Below are positions 9,593 through 17,747 of a DNA stretch of 20,182 nucleotides, piece after piece. This DNA comes from Bdellovibrionota bacterium FG-1. GTDB lineage: Bacteria > Bdellovibrionota > UBA1018. Every line of letters starts with the position of its first letter. Position 1 is the first letter of the stretch. The position numbers and the translations under genes were made by a program. The notes below the pieces were generated by a model, which was not told the origin of the DNA, ran no database searches, and saw only the letters and a list, made by a program, of their open reading frames with translations. The stretch spans positions 1-20,182 of the forward strand of contig JBBCAW010000135.1 of the NCBI GenBank assembly GCA_051382295.1, in the 5' to 3' direction.

Positions 9593-10807
9593 TTAAACCA
9601 CCTGCCCCGCCGCCCAACCCGAAGACCAGGCCCACTGAAAGTTATAACCGCCCAGCCAGCCGGTCACATCGACGACCTCACCCACAAAATAAAGCCCGGG
9701 GACTTTGCGAACCTCCATGGTTTTGGAAGAAAGCTCATCAGTATCCACTCCGCCGCGGGTCACTTCGGCCTTATTGTACCCCACGGTACCGCTCGGAATG
9801 ATTTTCCAGGCGTGGAGTTTTTGACAAAAGGCCTCGAGCGCCTTTTCGGAAACCTGGGGTAGAGGGAGCGCAAGCTGCGCTGCCGGAAAATAAAGCTCGC
9901 AAAAACGCTCGGCAAAGCGATTGGGAAGCACCTCAGAAAGTAAATTCTTCACCAACGAACGATTTCCTTCTCTTTTCTTTCGAAGGAACCAATCCCAAAG
10001 ATTCACTCCAGGCAGAAGATCCAACAGCACTTCCTGCCCGGTATACCAATGAAGTGAAGCCTGGAGCGCAGCGGGCCCGCTCAGGCCGGTGTGCGTAAAA
10101 AGAATATTCTCTCGAAAAGAAACCCCATTACAGCTGATCACGCAATCGATCGAGACCCCGGCGAGTTCTCGCAGGGAGCGGATTTCAGCATCAGAAAAGG
10201 TGAACCCATCCAAAGCCGGAGTGGTCTCAACGACTTTAAGCCCGAACTCACGCGCAATTTGATAGCCAAAGCCCGTGGCGCCGATTTTCGGAATCGAAAG
10301 TCCGCCCGTCGCGATGACTAGGGATTCGCACTGAAACGAACCCTCGCTAGTTTCGATTTGAAATCTCGGACCTGAGCCCACCCCACCCCCTAAGATCCGC
10401 TCGATTTTTTGAATCGGGGTGTGGAGTCGAAATTCAACGTCCGCCTGCTCGCACTCAGCTTTGAGCATGTCGACTATAGCCTGGGCGGATTCATCGCAAA
10501 AAAGCTGACCGAGCTTCTTTTCATGGAAGGCGATCCCATGGCTGCGAACCATCTGCACAAAACTTTCGGAGGGATAGCGCGAAAGTGCAGATTTGCAAAA
10601 ATGCGGATTTTGCGAGACGTAGTTGGCGGGACTTGCCCCGAGGTTGGTAAAATTGCAACGCCCACCGCCAGAAATGAGTATTTTTCCGCCCATCTTGGTC
10701 CCATGATCGAGGAGCAAAACCTGGCGCCCCCGCCGCCCGGCGTGAATCGCGCACATCATGCCCGCGCCACCCGCTCCGATGATGATGACTTGCTGTTGCT
10801 TAAGCAC
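9593..10807 (-). CDS. yhiN: HI0933/YhiN/BaiN-family flavoprotein (NAD(P)/FAD-dependent oxidoreductase)
   Basis: Motifs IIGAGGAG, KILISGGGRCNFTN, ATGGLSIPKIGATGFGY, LFTH.GLSGPA, AEVTRGGV and DVTGWLGGYNFQWAWSSG. Confidence 0.93.
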   Translation of the reverse strand: MLKQQQVIIIGAGGAGMMCAIHAGRRGRQVLLLDHGTKMGGKILISGGGRCNFTNLGASPANYVSQNPHFCKSALSRYPSESFVQMVRSHGIAFHEKKLGQLFCDESAQAIVDMLKAECEQADVEFRLHTPIQKIERILGGGVGSGPRFQIETSEGSFQCESLVIATGGLSIPKIGATGFGYQIAREFGLKVVETTPALDGFTFSDAEIRSLRELAGVSIDCVISCNGVSFRENILFTHTGLSGPAALQASLHWYTGQEVLLDLLPGVNLWDWFLRKKREGNRSLVKNLLSEVLPNRFAERFCELYFPAAQLALPLPQVSEKALEAFCQKLHAWKIIPSGTVGYNKAEVTRGGVDTDELSSKTMEVRKVPGLYFVGEVVDVTGWLGGYNFQWAWSSGWAAGQVV

Positions 10808-11783
10808 CGCCGAAGCTCATCATTTGGGCAATGCCCCGAATCACCTCGAGCGGACACTCCTTTTGGGGAAGGTGACCACATTCCGGAACCTCATGCCAAA
10901 TTGCGCCTGGGATCAGGGACTGAAATCGCTTACCCAGACTCGGGAGTGTGATTCGATCGGCTGCGCCCCAAATCAACAAAGTAGGTTTTCGAAGCGCAGG
11001 AAGTCGGTCATCCAAAAAATCTTCGGGCTTCTGAGCCTCGATCACTTGCTTAGCATTACTTTGCTTCATGCGCGCCACCACGGCACGCCACACTGAATCA
11101 GGAAGCTTGCGCCCCTTAAAATAAGCGCGAGCCTGAAAATCCTGCAAAGCCGCAACACTGGGCTCCACAAAAAAGCGATGCACATCCGCCGCGCTCACCC
11201 CCTCACGCAAACCGGCAGCATCCAACAGAATCAACCGGTGCACGCCTTCAGGCCAGTCCAACGCCAGCCAAGAAGCGACCCACCCCCCTAAGCTATTGCC
11301 CACCACGATCCAGCGATCACACCCCCGAAGCCCCTGAAGCGCTTGCTTAACGCGAGCCGCCTGCCGCCGCACGCTGTATTCCTGAACATCGCTGGGTGCT
11401 GGCGATCGCCCCGAGCCCGGCAAATCGAAAGCCACCAACCGAGTGGGCGCGGTCCAGCCTTGAGGTGGCCAAAGTAAAAGACTTTTCCAGGTCATCGCAG
11501 TATCTGCCAAACCATGAATCATCGCGACACAAGAGCATCCTCGACTACGCGTAATATCTGCAGGCGCCTTTGCGCAACCATCCTGAAGATAGCCATTTAA
11601 ACCCGCACTCTGGACTGTTTGAATATCTTGCCGCCAAAAGGTCCAACGAGTATCGAGCTCAGCCACTCGGAGAGGAAACCACGCCACCACGGCACCTAAG
11701 CTGACGCCCAAACCAACAACACCCCCCAGACCAGCGAGCGCTAGAAATCGAAACCGAGGTTTTTTCCAAATTTTCATCGCCAC
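10800..11783 (-). CDS. Alpha/beta-fold hydrolase with N-terminal membrane anchor/signal segment
   Basis: Oxyanion IHG, DLPGSGRS, nucleophile elbow GNSLGG, acid in WGAAD and His in CGHLP. The N-terminus is basic then hydrophobic. 8-bp overlap with the next gene. Start is GTG 11783 or ATG 11777. Confidence 0.9.
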   Translation of the reverse strand: MAMKIWKKPRFRFLALAGLGGVVGLGVSLGAVVAWFPLRVAELDTRWTFWRQDIQTVQSAGLNGYLQDGCAKAPADITRSRGCSCVAMIHGLADTAMTWKSLLLWPPQGWTAPTRLVAFDLPGSGRSPAPSDVQEYSVRRQAARVKQALQGLRGCDRWIVVGNSLGGWVASWLALDWPEGVHRLILLDAAGLREGVSAADVHRFFVEPSVAALQDFQARAYFKGRKLPDSVWRAVVARMKQSNAKQVIEAQKPEDFLDDRLPALRKPTLLIWGAADRITLPSLGKRFQSLIPGAIWHEVPECGHLPQKECPLEVIRGIAQMMSFGGA

Positions 11784-11879
11784 TCACCCCCCATGCCTCA
11801 CAAAAAATCCTGCGATTTCAACAAAACACTGATTTCAAAGGAGCTCAACTGAATATCGTTTATTATCTGGGATTCACGC

Positions 11880-11909
11880 TTGACTTCGCAACCCCTTACG
11901 CCGTAAGTT
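11880..11909 (+). promoter_or_regulatory. Putative sigma70 promoter of the tRNA gene
   Basis: TTGACT (11880-11885), 18-nt spacer, TAAGTT (11904-11909), followed by a GC-rich discriminator-like AGGCGTCGC. Confidence 0.45.
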
Positions 11910-11951
11910 AGGCGTCGCTTCTCAAATGATAGTTTCTTAGAAGCTTACTGA

Positions 11952-12028
<77 letters not shown>

Positions 12029-12042
12029 TATAAAAGCAGAAT

Positions 12043-12083
12043 AAAAACGGGGAGTTAAGAGAGATCTTCGCTCCCCGTTTTTT
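12043..12083 (+). terminator. Rho-independent terminator-like hairpin (possibly bidirectional) after the tRNA
   Basis: AAAAACGGGGAG (12043-12054) pairs with CTCCCCGTTTTT (12071-12082), with A/T tracts on both sides. Confidence 0.75.
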
Positions 12084-12100
12084 ATTAAAAAACCGGCCGA

Positions 12101-12144
12101 TGCATTACGGGTGCATTACGGAGTTCCGAACTCATCCGAACTCA
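12101..12144. repeat. Two pairs of 10-bp tandem direct repeats
   Basis: TGCATTACGG at 12101 and 12112; TCCGAACTCA at 12125 and 12135. Confidence 0.9.
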
Positions 12145-12275
12145 TCACCCGGTAACTAGCTTCACCACGTGCCAAGAGTATTTTCTTTCAATACGGCACC
12201 ACCTCTTCGATCTTCCAGTAAAAACGACTCCCGGTTTTACGAAATTTCGGCAGACACTTAATACATAGACTGAGG

Positions 12276-12372
12276 ACCACAGCAGCAGCGGTCGATCGCG
12301 TGATTCACAACTGCGAGACCTTTAACATCAAAGGCGACAGTTGGAGAGAAATTGAAGCTAAGCAAAGGCTGA
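12276..12372 (+). pseudogene. istB: Remnant of IS21-family helper ATPase IstB (C-terminal ~30 codons)
   Basis: Reads TTAAAVDRVIHNCETFNIKGDSWREIEAKQRL, matching the IstB/DnaC C-terminal pattern 'A.A..DR..H....I.G.S(Y/W)R'. No Walker motifs or start codon are present. Confidence 0.75.
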
Positions 12373-13008
12373 AACATATAGAAGTGAATCCAAGAGCAGC
12401 GTCCACTTCTGCTCGACCTGCGCGATTGTCTTGGGCGTCACTTCGGTCGCAATAAGATTGAGGACGCCAGCCAATAAAGCGTCGTGAATTAACCCTGCAG
12501 CCAACTCCAGGTCTAAATCCCTTCGAAACTGAGACTCACGAATCCCTGCAAGCAAATACTCACGCACGCGATTTCGTGCGCGTACCAAGACATCCGAATA
12601 AATTTTAGAAAATTTCTCATTATGTGTTGCGCGATAATAAAGCATCACAATCATGCTCGCCTCGGATGGAAACGAAACCGCCCACTTCAAATTCATCGTC
12701 ATGTGTTTTCTAAGTCGTTCGAACGCGGAGTCTTCGATTTGAAACGAAGCTGAAACAAGCTCATGATTATGAAGAGCGATCATTTCAATCAATCGCTCAA
12801 ACAAAAGATCCTTGTTCTTAAAATGGTGCAGCACCGCAGCCTGACTTAAACCGCAGCGATCCGCGATCATCTGAAAGCTCGTCGCATCAAAACCGTGTTT
12901 GGCAAAAAGCTGTAAAGCAAGCCCCAAGACCCTCTCTTGAGTGAGCACCCCTTTGGTCTTTTTGGGTTTTGAGGGTTTCAGGGCTTTTAAAGTCGCCTGT
13001 CTTTTCAT
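12358..13008 (-). CDS. TetR/AcrR-family transcriptional regulator
   Basis: HTH segment ALQLFAKHGFDATSFQMIADRCGLSQAAVLHHFKNKDLLF, with a helical C-domain containing G..ESQFR.DLD. The ATG at 13008 is the likely start. Confidence 0.93.
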   Translation of the reverse strand: MKRQATLKALKPSKPKKTKGVLTQERVLGLALQLFAKHGFDATSFQMIADRCGLSQAAVLHHFKNKDLLFERLIEMIALHNHELVSASFQIEDSAFERLRKHMTMNLKWAVSFPSEASMIVMLYYRATHNEKFSKIYSDVLVRARNRVREYLLAGIRESQFRRDLDLELAAGLIHDALLAGVLNLIATEVTPKTIAQVEQKWTLLLDSLLYVSAFA

Positions 13009-13147
13009 AGACCTAGTATTGCACACAAAAAAACAACGTAATACATCATTTTTATGTTGTCGCACCGCATCTTTTCGGGTAAATACCCCAACCATTGACC
13101 ACAAAGGTCGCGAAATACCCCCATCGGATTATAGAAAGGTGTCGTTT

Positions 13148-13558
13148 ATGAAAAAAGTCGTTTTGTTTTTAGGTGTCCTCTCCTCCTTGATCTCGGCAAA
13201 TTTTGCCCTAGCTGCCGATGAAACCACGGTTTCAGTTTCTTGTCGCGACGCCCGCGAAGAGCTCCGCGACGCAGGCTATGCCGTTACGATTACAACTGGG
13301 GGCATCGCAGGTATGACCCTGGCAACGGTTTCGGAACAAACCATCGCCGGTCCCCGGGTTTTGGAAACAGTCATCGTAAAGAAGAACAATCGCGGGATGG
13401 AACGGGTTTACAGCGGAAATGGCTTCAAACTTACCATCACGCTTGAGTCGATGGTTCCAACCGCAACCCATCCTGCCAAGATGTTCCTGAGACAGATCAC
13501 TGAAGGCGACATTGCTGTAGCGGTCAACGCCGACCTAATCTGCAAAATCAACGAATAA
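13148..13558 (+). CDS. Secreted hypothetical protein (136 aa)
   Basis: SD GAAAGG before ATG 13148. Sec signal MKKVVLFLGVLSSLISANFALA. One Cys near each end of the mature protein and a beta-rich pattern. Confidence 0.8.
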   Translation: MKKVVLFLGVLSSLISANFALAADETTVSVSCRDAREELRDAGYAVTITTGGIAGMTLATVSEQTIAGPRVLETVIVKKNNRGMERVYSGNGFKLTITLESMVPTATHPAKMFLRQITEGDIAVAVNADLICKINE

Positions 13559-13574
13559 AACCCCGTGAGGATTT

Positions 13575-14045
13575 ATGTCAAACCCAATTGCTTTCTCCCT
13601 TTTATTAGCCTCCGTCATGCTCAATAGCTCGCTCGCCCTAGCCACACCGGCAAAACCTTGCCGTGAGCTCACGCAACCGCAAGTCAACCGGATCCAGACC
13701 GCACTCAAGCTGGAACAACAAACCGCCACCTGCGAAAATTACGACAGCACGAGCTGGGATAAAAATACGGCTTCGCCCACTTGTAGCGACCACCGGGTCA
13801 GTGGCAGCTTGCAGCGTGACCAAATCTTCGTTTCTGTTGTCGAAGGACGCCCGGACTTTTTCATCCTGGCCCTCTACGCCACCGATAGCCCCGACCTCAA
13901 TTATGTCTGGGTCAACAGCCCGAAATTTCCCAACCTCTTTACCAGCCTGGCCGCGATCGCGGGATGCACGGGGGCCTACAATCAGGGAATGAACCCCTAC
14001 TTGGTGAAAAACCACGACGGCAAGATCGTGCCTAAGCCGTTGTAA
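13575..14045 (+). CDS. Secreted hypothetical protein (156 aa, four Cys)
   Basis: SD GAGGA and a signal peptide ending SLALA. Starts 16 bp after the previous gene. Confidence 0.78.
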   Translation: MSNPIAFSLLLASVMLNSSLALATPAKPCRELTQPQVNRIQTALKLEQQTATCENYDSTSWDKNTASPTCSDHRVSGSLQRDQIFVSVVEGRPDFFILALYATDSPDLNYVWVNSPKFPNLFTSLAAIAGCTGAYNQGMNPYLVKNHDGKIVPKPL

Positions 14046-14193
14046 AGCCTAACATCCGGGCCTGATTTCGGTACTTCCGGGAAGGTTCACTTCGGACGAA
14101 CCCATGAACCGCACGATCTACCCAGAAAGGGTTCGTCCAAAATTCAATAATTTTGTTTTAATTTTAAACACACCGTGTTAATTGCCATTATTT

Positions 14194-14685
14194 ATGAAAT
14201 CCAACTCAACGACCTTTTTATTTTCGCTATTCGCCATTTTTACACTCACGGCAACGTTTTCTGGGCTCACGCTCGCCTCTGAAGGCGTCAGCAAAAAAGT
14301 CTACTGTTCCCAGCAAAGTCCGAAGGCAGTGCACGGATACATTATTGAGGAGGCAGTCCTCAGGTCGACGAACAGGACCAAGTGGGAACTCCAGTTGGCG
14401 GCACTAGGCACTGGCCTATTAACGGAGCAGGGAGATGGAACCGCAAGTAGCGGCTACCTATATACCGGCAATGAGCCACTCCTCCCGAATCCGGAATTTC
14501 GGGCCCATTCCGCCCAGTGGCGAAATGCCCTTCCCTTCGTCATTCCAGTCAAAGCAGACAAGGGCGAGTTTGTGCTCTATGTGCAACCGGAAAGTTTTTC
14601 AAAAACGGCCGACTTCACCGTTCGCCTAAAAGTGACCCGGGCAGCGGGCGAATCTAATTTTCTACTCAGTTGCAATGCGATCTAG
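14194..14685 (+). CDS. Secreted hypothetical protein (163 aa)
   Basis: Signal peptide MKSNSTTFLFSLFAIFTLTATFSGLTLA, with one Cys near each end of the mature protein. ATG 14194 is preferred to TTG 14182. Confidence 0.75.
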   Translation: MKSNSTTFLFSLFAIFTLTATFSGLTLASEGVSKKVYCSQQSPKAVHGYIIEEAVLRSTNRTKWELQLAALGTGLLTEQGDGTASSGYLYTGNEPLLPNPEFRAHSAQWRNALPFVIPVKADKGEFVLYVQPESFSKTADFTVRLKVTRAAGESNFLLSCNAI

Positions 14686-14924
14686 AAATGGACTTGGTCT
14701 GTGATTACGTTAGGTAATTGAAGATCTGGCGTAAATGAGGTTGGAGAAAACCATGTTTGAACGTATTTGTGCCTTGAGCCTGCGCAACTTCTCAATCAAT
14801 TCGAAGTAACAAACGACAAGCCGTCAAAATCTTACCACAAAAGCGCCTATCGATCCCCACTGCAAAATGACTCTCCGGCAGTGTTCAAGCCCACCCTGAG
14901 TTCGCCCCTCCATGGGCAAACGCT

Positions 14925-15098
14925 TCACCAAGCGGCGCTTTCGCGTAGGTGCGAAATGAGCTTTGCCCCTTGGGCAATGATAATGGCCAACGGTAATAGC
15001 CATCGAAGCATGCGGTTCAAGGTGAATTTGTACATCTTCCCCTGGTAGTGAATTTTCACATCAACAATCAGGCTCGATTCGGGCTTTTTTTTGTTCAT
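14925..15098 (-). CDS. Small hydrophobic/basic protein, 57 aa (not in ORF track)
   Basis: MNKKKPESSLIVDVKIHYQGKMYKFTLNRMLRWLLPLAIIIAQGAKLISHLRESAAW*. SD GAAGGGAG lies 12 nt upstream, and there is one hydrophobic helix. Confidence 0.6.
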   Translation of the reverse strand: MNKKKPESSLIVDVKIHYQGKMYKFTLNRMLRWLLPLAIIIAQGAKLISHLRESAAW

Positions 15099-15195
15099 AG
15101 CGAATTGGATCTCCCTTCACAACGCTGACAGGGAGGCCAAGGCGCGGAGGACACAGAAAGGCCAAAAATCAAGCCTTCGCGATCAAAAATATCAC

Positions 15196-15873
15196 TCAGG
15201 TGACATGGCAACTACCACACAAGGCGAGTATCTCCGCAACCATGCGATCAATCCCCGTGAAGATATCGTGCAGGGCGGCGTCATCGATCATATAGGCCGG
15301 AGTAGAAACCACGCGGTTTTTGCGGTCTACGTGGCACTCATTTGAGTACTTGGCCACGTGACGGTGCCCCAGTTTTTCGAGTGCCCGCGAGGCATCCCCC
15401 GGCTGGCCCAACGTGAGTTCAAGGCCTTTATCCTTGAAGGTCAACGCGAGGATGATCGGGGCAATACAAACAGCGCCAATTGGCTTTCCGGTGCGATGCA
15501 TTTCCTCCAGCGCGTACTGAGTGTCGCGTTGGACGCTCGCTGCAGCGCCTTTCGCGGCGAAATCACAAAGATTCTTCGCGGCGCCAAAACCACCGGGAAT
15601 GATGAGGGCGTCGTATTTCCTGGCATCGAACTCAGCAAGAGGGAGAACGTCTCCGCGAGCGATCCGCGCGGACTCCACGCGCATGTTTCGCTTTTCTGGC
15701 ATGGTTTTTCCGGTCAGGCAATTGACGACGTCCACTTGATCCACGTCCGGCGAGAAGCATTGAAACTGTGCCTCCTGTCGGCTGATGGCCCAAAGTACTC
15801 CCACGGCCTCCCTGATCTCGCTTCCATCCTGGGATCCGCTTCCGCAGAGCACTACCGCGATCCTTTTTGTCAT
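15196..15873 (-). CDS. elbB: ElbB/ES1-family glyoxalase (DJ-1/PfpI superfamily)
   Basis: Motifs IAVVLCGSG..DGSEI.EAV, RNMRVESARIARG, PGGFGAAKNL, GAVCIAP and VSTPAYM. Confidence 0.93.
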   Translation of the reverse strand: MTKRIAVVLCGSGSQDGSEIREAVGVLWAISRQEAQFQCFSPDVDQVDVVNCLTGKTMPEKRNMRVESARIARGDVLPLAEFDARKYDALIIPGGFGAAKNLCDFAAKGAAASVQRDTQYALEEMHRTGKPIGAVCIAPIILALTFKDKGLELTLGQPGDASRALEKLGHRHVAKYSNECHVDRKNRVVSTPAYMIDDAALHDIFTGIDRMVAEILALCGSCHVT

Positions 15874-15938
15874 GATGAATCCTTTTTGTTAAAGATAACA
15901 CCGCAAACCAGTTCGCAATTCAAGGGGGAAAGCTAAAG

Positions 15939-17190
15939 CTAGCGCTCACATATGTCCGGCCATGCCTTGATCAGGGCGGCTGGGACATGATCAGATATCT
16001 CCAGTAACTTATCCTGAGAGATTTCGCCCAATATTTGGATGTCTTTCTTTTCATTCCGTAGGAAAGCCCTACAAGCTGCAGCCCGAATAGTTAAAAAACT
16101 CGACCACTCGATTGCGACTCTGGACGAATCTCCTTTAAGCACGGCAGCTAAAAGTCGTCCTAGCATGAGACCAGTTTTCCTTTTCAATGCCAGGTCTTCA
16201 TCGCCCTCGTCTGGAACACAACAAGCTGTAGCGACATATGCCAAATCAAAACCCTGTCCATGGACATACCCCAAAAGATGCATAGCCTCGTGAAAATACT
16301 CGGACTCACGTTGATAAGCGAGCTTAACCTCCGAGCGGCGATCGACCGAGTCGGACACGGGATTTCTATTGATCTTGGTCGGATTCACGATGATCGTCGG
16401 AAACTTCGGATCGCTTGGCGACGAAGCCCAACCCTCGACTGTACCCACCAATCCCCAATTTTTTCCTAAGTCTGGATCACATTTGAGCAGAATGGGCTTC
16501 CCCTTGTGGGGCGCTAGCATCCCCAGCATGCTGGCTACATCATCACGAAAGGTTGGTCCTTTTTCCGCTAAGCAGGACAGGCCTTTGACTAAAGCGTGTT
16601 CAAAATCGGCACGGAGTTGAGAAACAGCACCGGGATAGCTTTGGCAATTGAGGGGGACGACCTCGATATTCAAATCAAGGTGACCGAGCCCATCCTTCCG
16701 TAAAATATTTGAGTATGCCTCCAGTTCCCGCTCCAAAGCGTCAACCGAAGCGGCATGCGGCACACAGACGTCGGTACTGTGCGAGTCAATGGTTGCTCCT
16801 TTGAGTTCAAGGGTAAATGGCGGCAGGCGACTCACCCCATTGGTAAGCGAGCGCTGCTCAAAATGGAGTTCATTTGGATGTGGAGACCACCTATACAGAA
16901 GCTCCTCTGAATCGGAAGCCGAAGAGAATCGACGTTCCTGATAAAAAGGTGAATCAAAATACTTAACGGTCAAAAGATGCTCGCTAGTGTCGAAAACTTC
17001 GATTTTTGAGATTGCCTGGTCTGTTGCGTAACTGATGCGTGTTCTATGGCCGCTTTGATGATCAAGAATATCCATCGCTTGGCCATTAGGCATGGGGCGA
17101 GTGATAGAAATTCCGAATCCGGGGACTTGAACGTTCTCACCAAAAACCATCCGACTGAGCAATAATCCAAAAGCTAAGGAAAACGAACTC
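15939..17190 (-). pseudogene. Putative secreted zinc metallopeptidase-motif protein, probably 5'-truncated
   Basis: HEAMHLLGYVH fits HExxHxxGxxH. The frame stays open upstream of TTG 17162 as KSSFSLAFGLLLSRMVFG-EN, resembling signal-peptide h/c regions, then hits a stop with no ATG or SD. Confidence 0.55.
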
Positions 17191-17648
17191 TTTCAGAAGA
17201 GGAAAAGGCGATTTTCTATTCCAATTGGTTTTACACCGGAATTTGGGCTCTCACCTCGATTCCGGGCCACCAGACTTCTGAAGCGATCTCCCAGTATTTC
17301 GGTCTCCCCAAACTTCTTGTCAACCGCGTGATCCTGTTCCTCGTCTCAACCGGCCTGTGCATCGAGGAGAATGGGAGGCTCCGACCTGGGACCACGTATG
17401 TTCATTTGGAGGCGGATTCGCCTTTCATCGGGCGGCATCATGCGAGCTGGAGGCAAAAGGCGATTGAGCGCCATCCCATCTTATCCGACAGCGAGATCGC
17501 TTACAGCTCGCCCATGTCACTTTCGCGGGATGATGCCGAAAAAGTTCGCAAACGGGTGGTTGAGTGGGTCGAGCAGATCAATCGGGTTCGCGATCCATCA
17601 CCCTGCGAGGCGCTTTATTTTTTAAATATAGACTGGATTAAATTCTAA
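17178..17648 (+). pseudogene. 5'-truncated TIGR02147/DUF4423-family regulator (C-terminal part only)
   Basis: The frame is open from 17178 (after TAA 17175-17177) and reads RTLSEEEKAIFYSNWFYTGIWALTSIPGHQTSEAISQYFGL...HLEADSPFIGRHHASWRQKAI...YSSPMSLS..DA...LYFLNIDW. The N-terminal HTH part and start codon are absent. Confidence 0.8.
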
Positions 17649-17747
17649 ATGACCGCTAAAATCATTTCTCCACGCCATTGATTCGCCTGCTGGGGCGGCA
17701 TTTGCCAATAAGATGCGACGTTAATTACCGGAGCACTGACTAGCACA

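Noticed and set aside
1711..11096. Many plus-strand and alternate-frame ORFs overlapping the aro operon and yhiN
   Set aside because: They are antisense or out-of-frame shadows of well-supported genes, with no motifs or SD support.
12101..12144. CRISPR-like array
   Set aside because: The repeats are 10 bp, two copies each, with no spacers and no cas genes.
12188..12265. Minus-strand fragment KCLPKFRKTGSRFYWKIEEVVPY* faintly like an excisionase/AlpA wing
   Set aside because: It is too short and the resemblance is too weak to call.
14753..14809. 18-codon ORF MFERICALSLRNFSINSK with GGAG SD
   Set aside because: The SD is good but the ORF is too short and has no recognisable motif. It may be a truncated gene start or chance.
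14767..15048. 93-aa plus-strand ORF
   Set aside because: TTG start without SD and atypical composition. The opposite-strand 57-aa ORF is better supported.
15970..16005. SDHVP near the C-terminus of the peptidase-like ORF, resembling the EEP nuclease SDHxP motif
   Set aside because: No other EEP motifs are present, and a five-residue match is likely coincidental.
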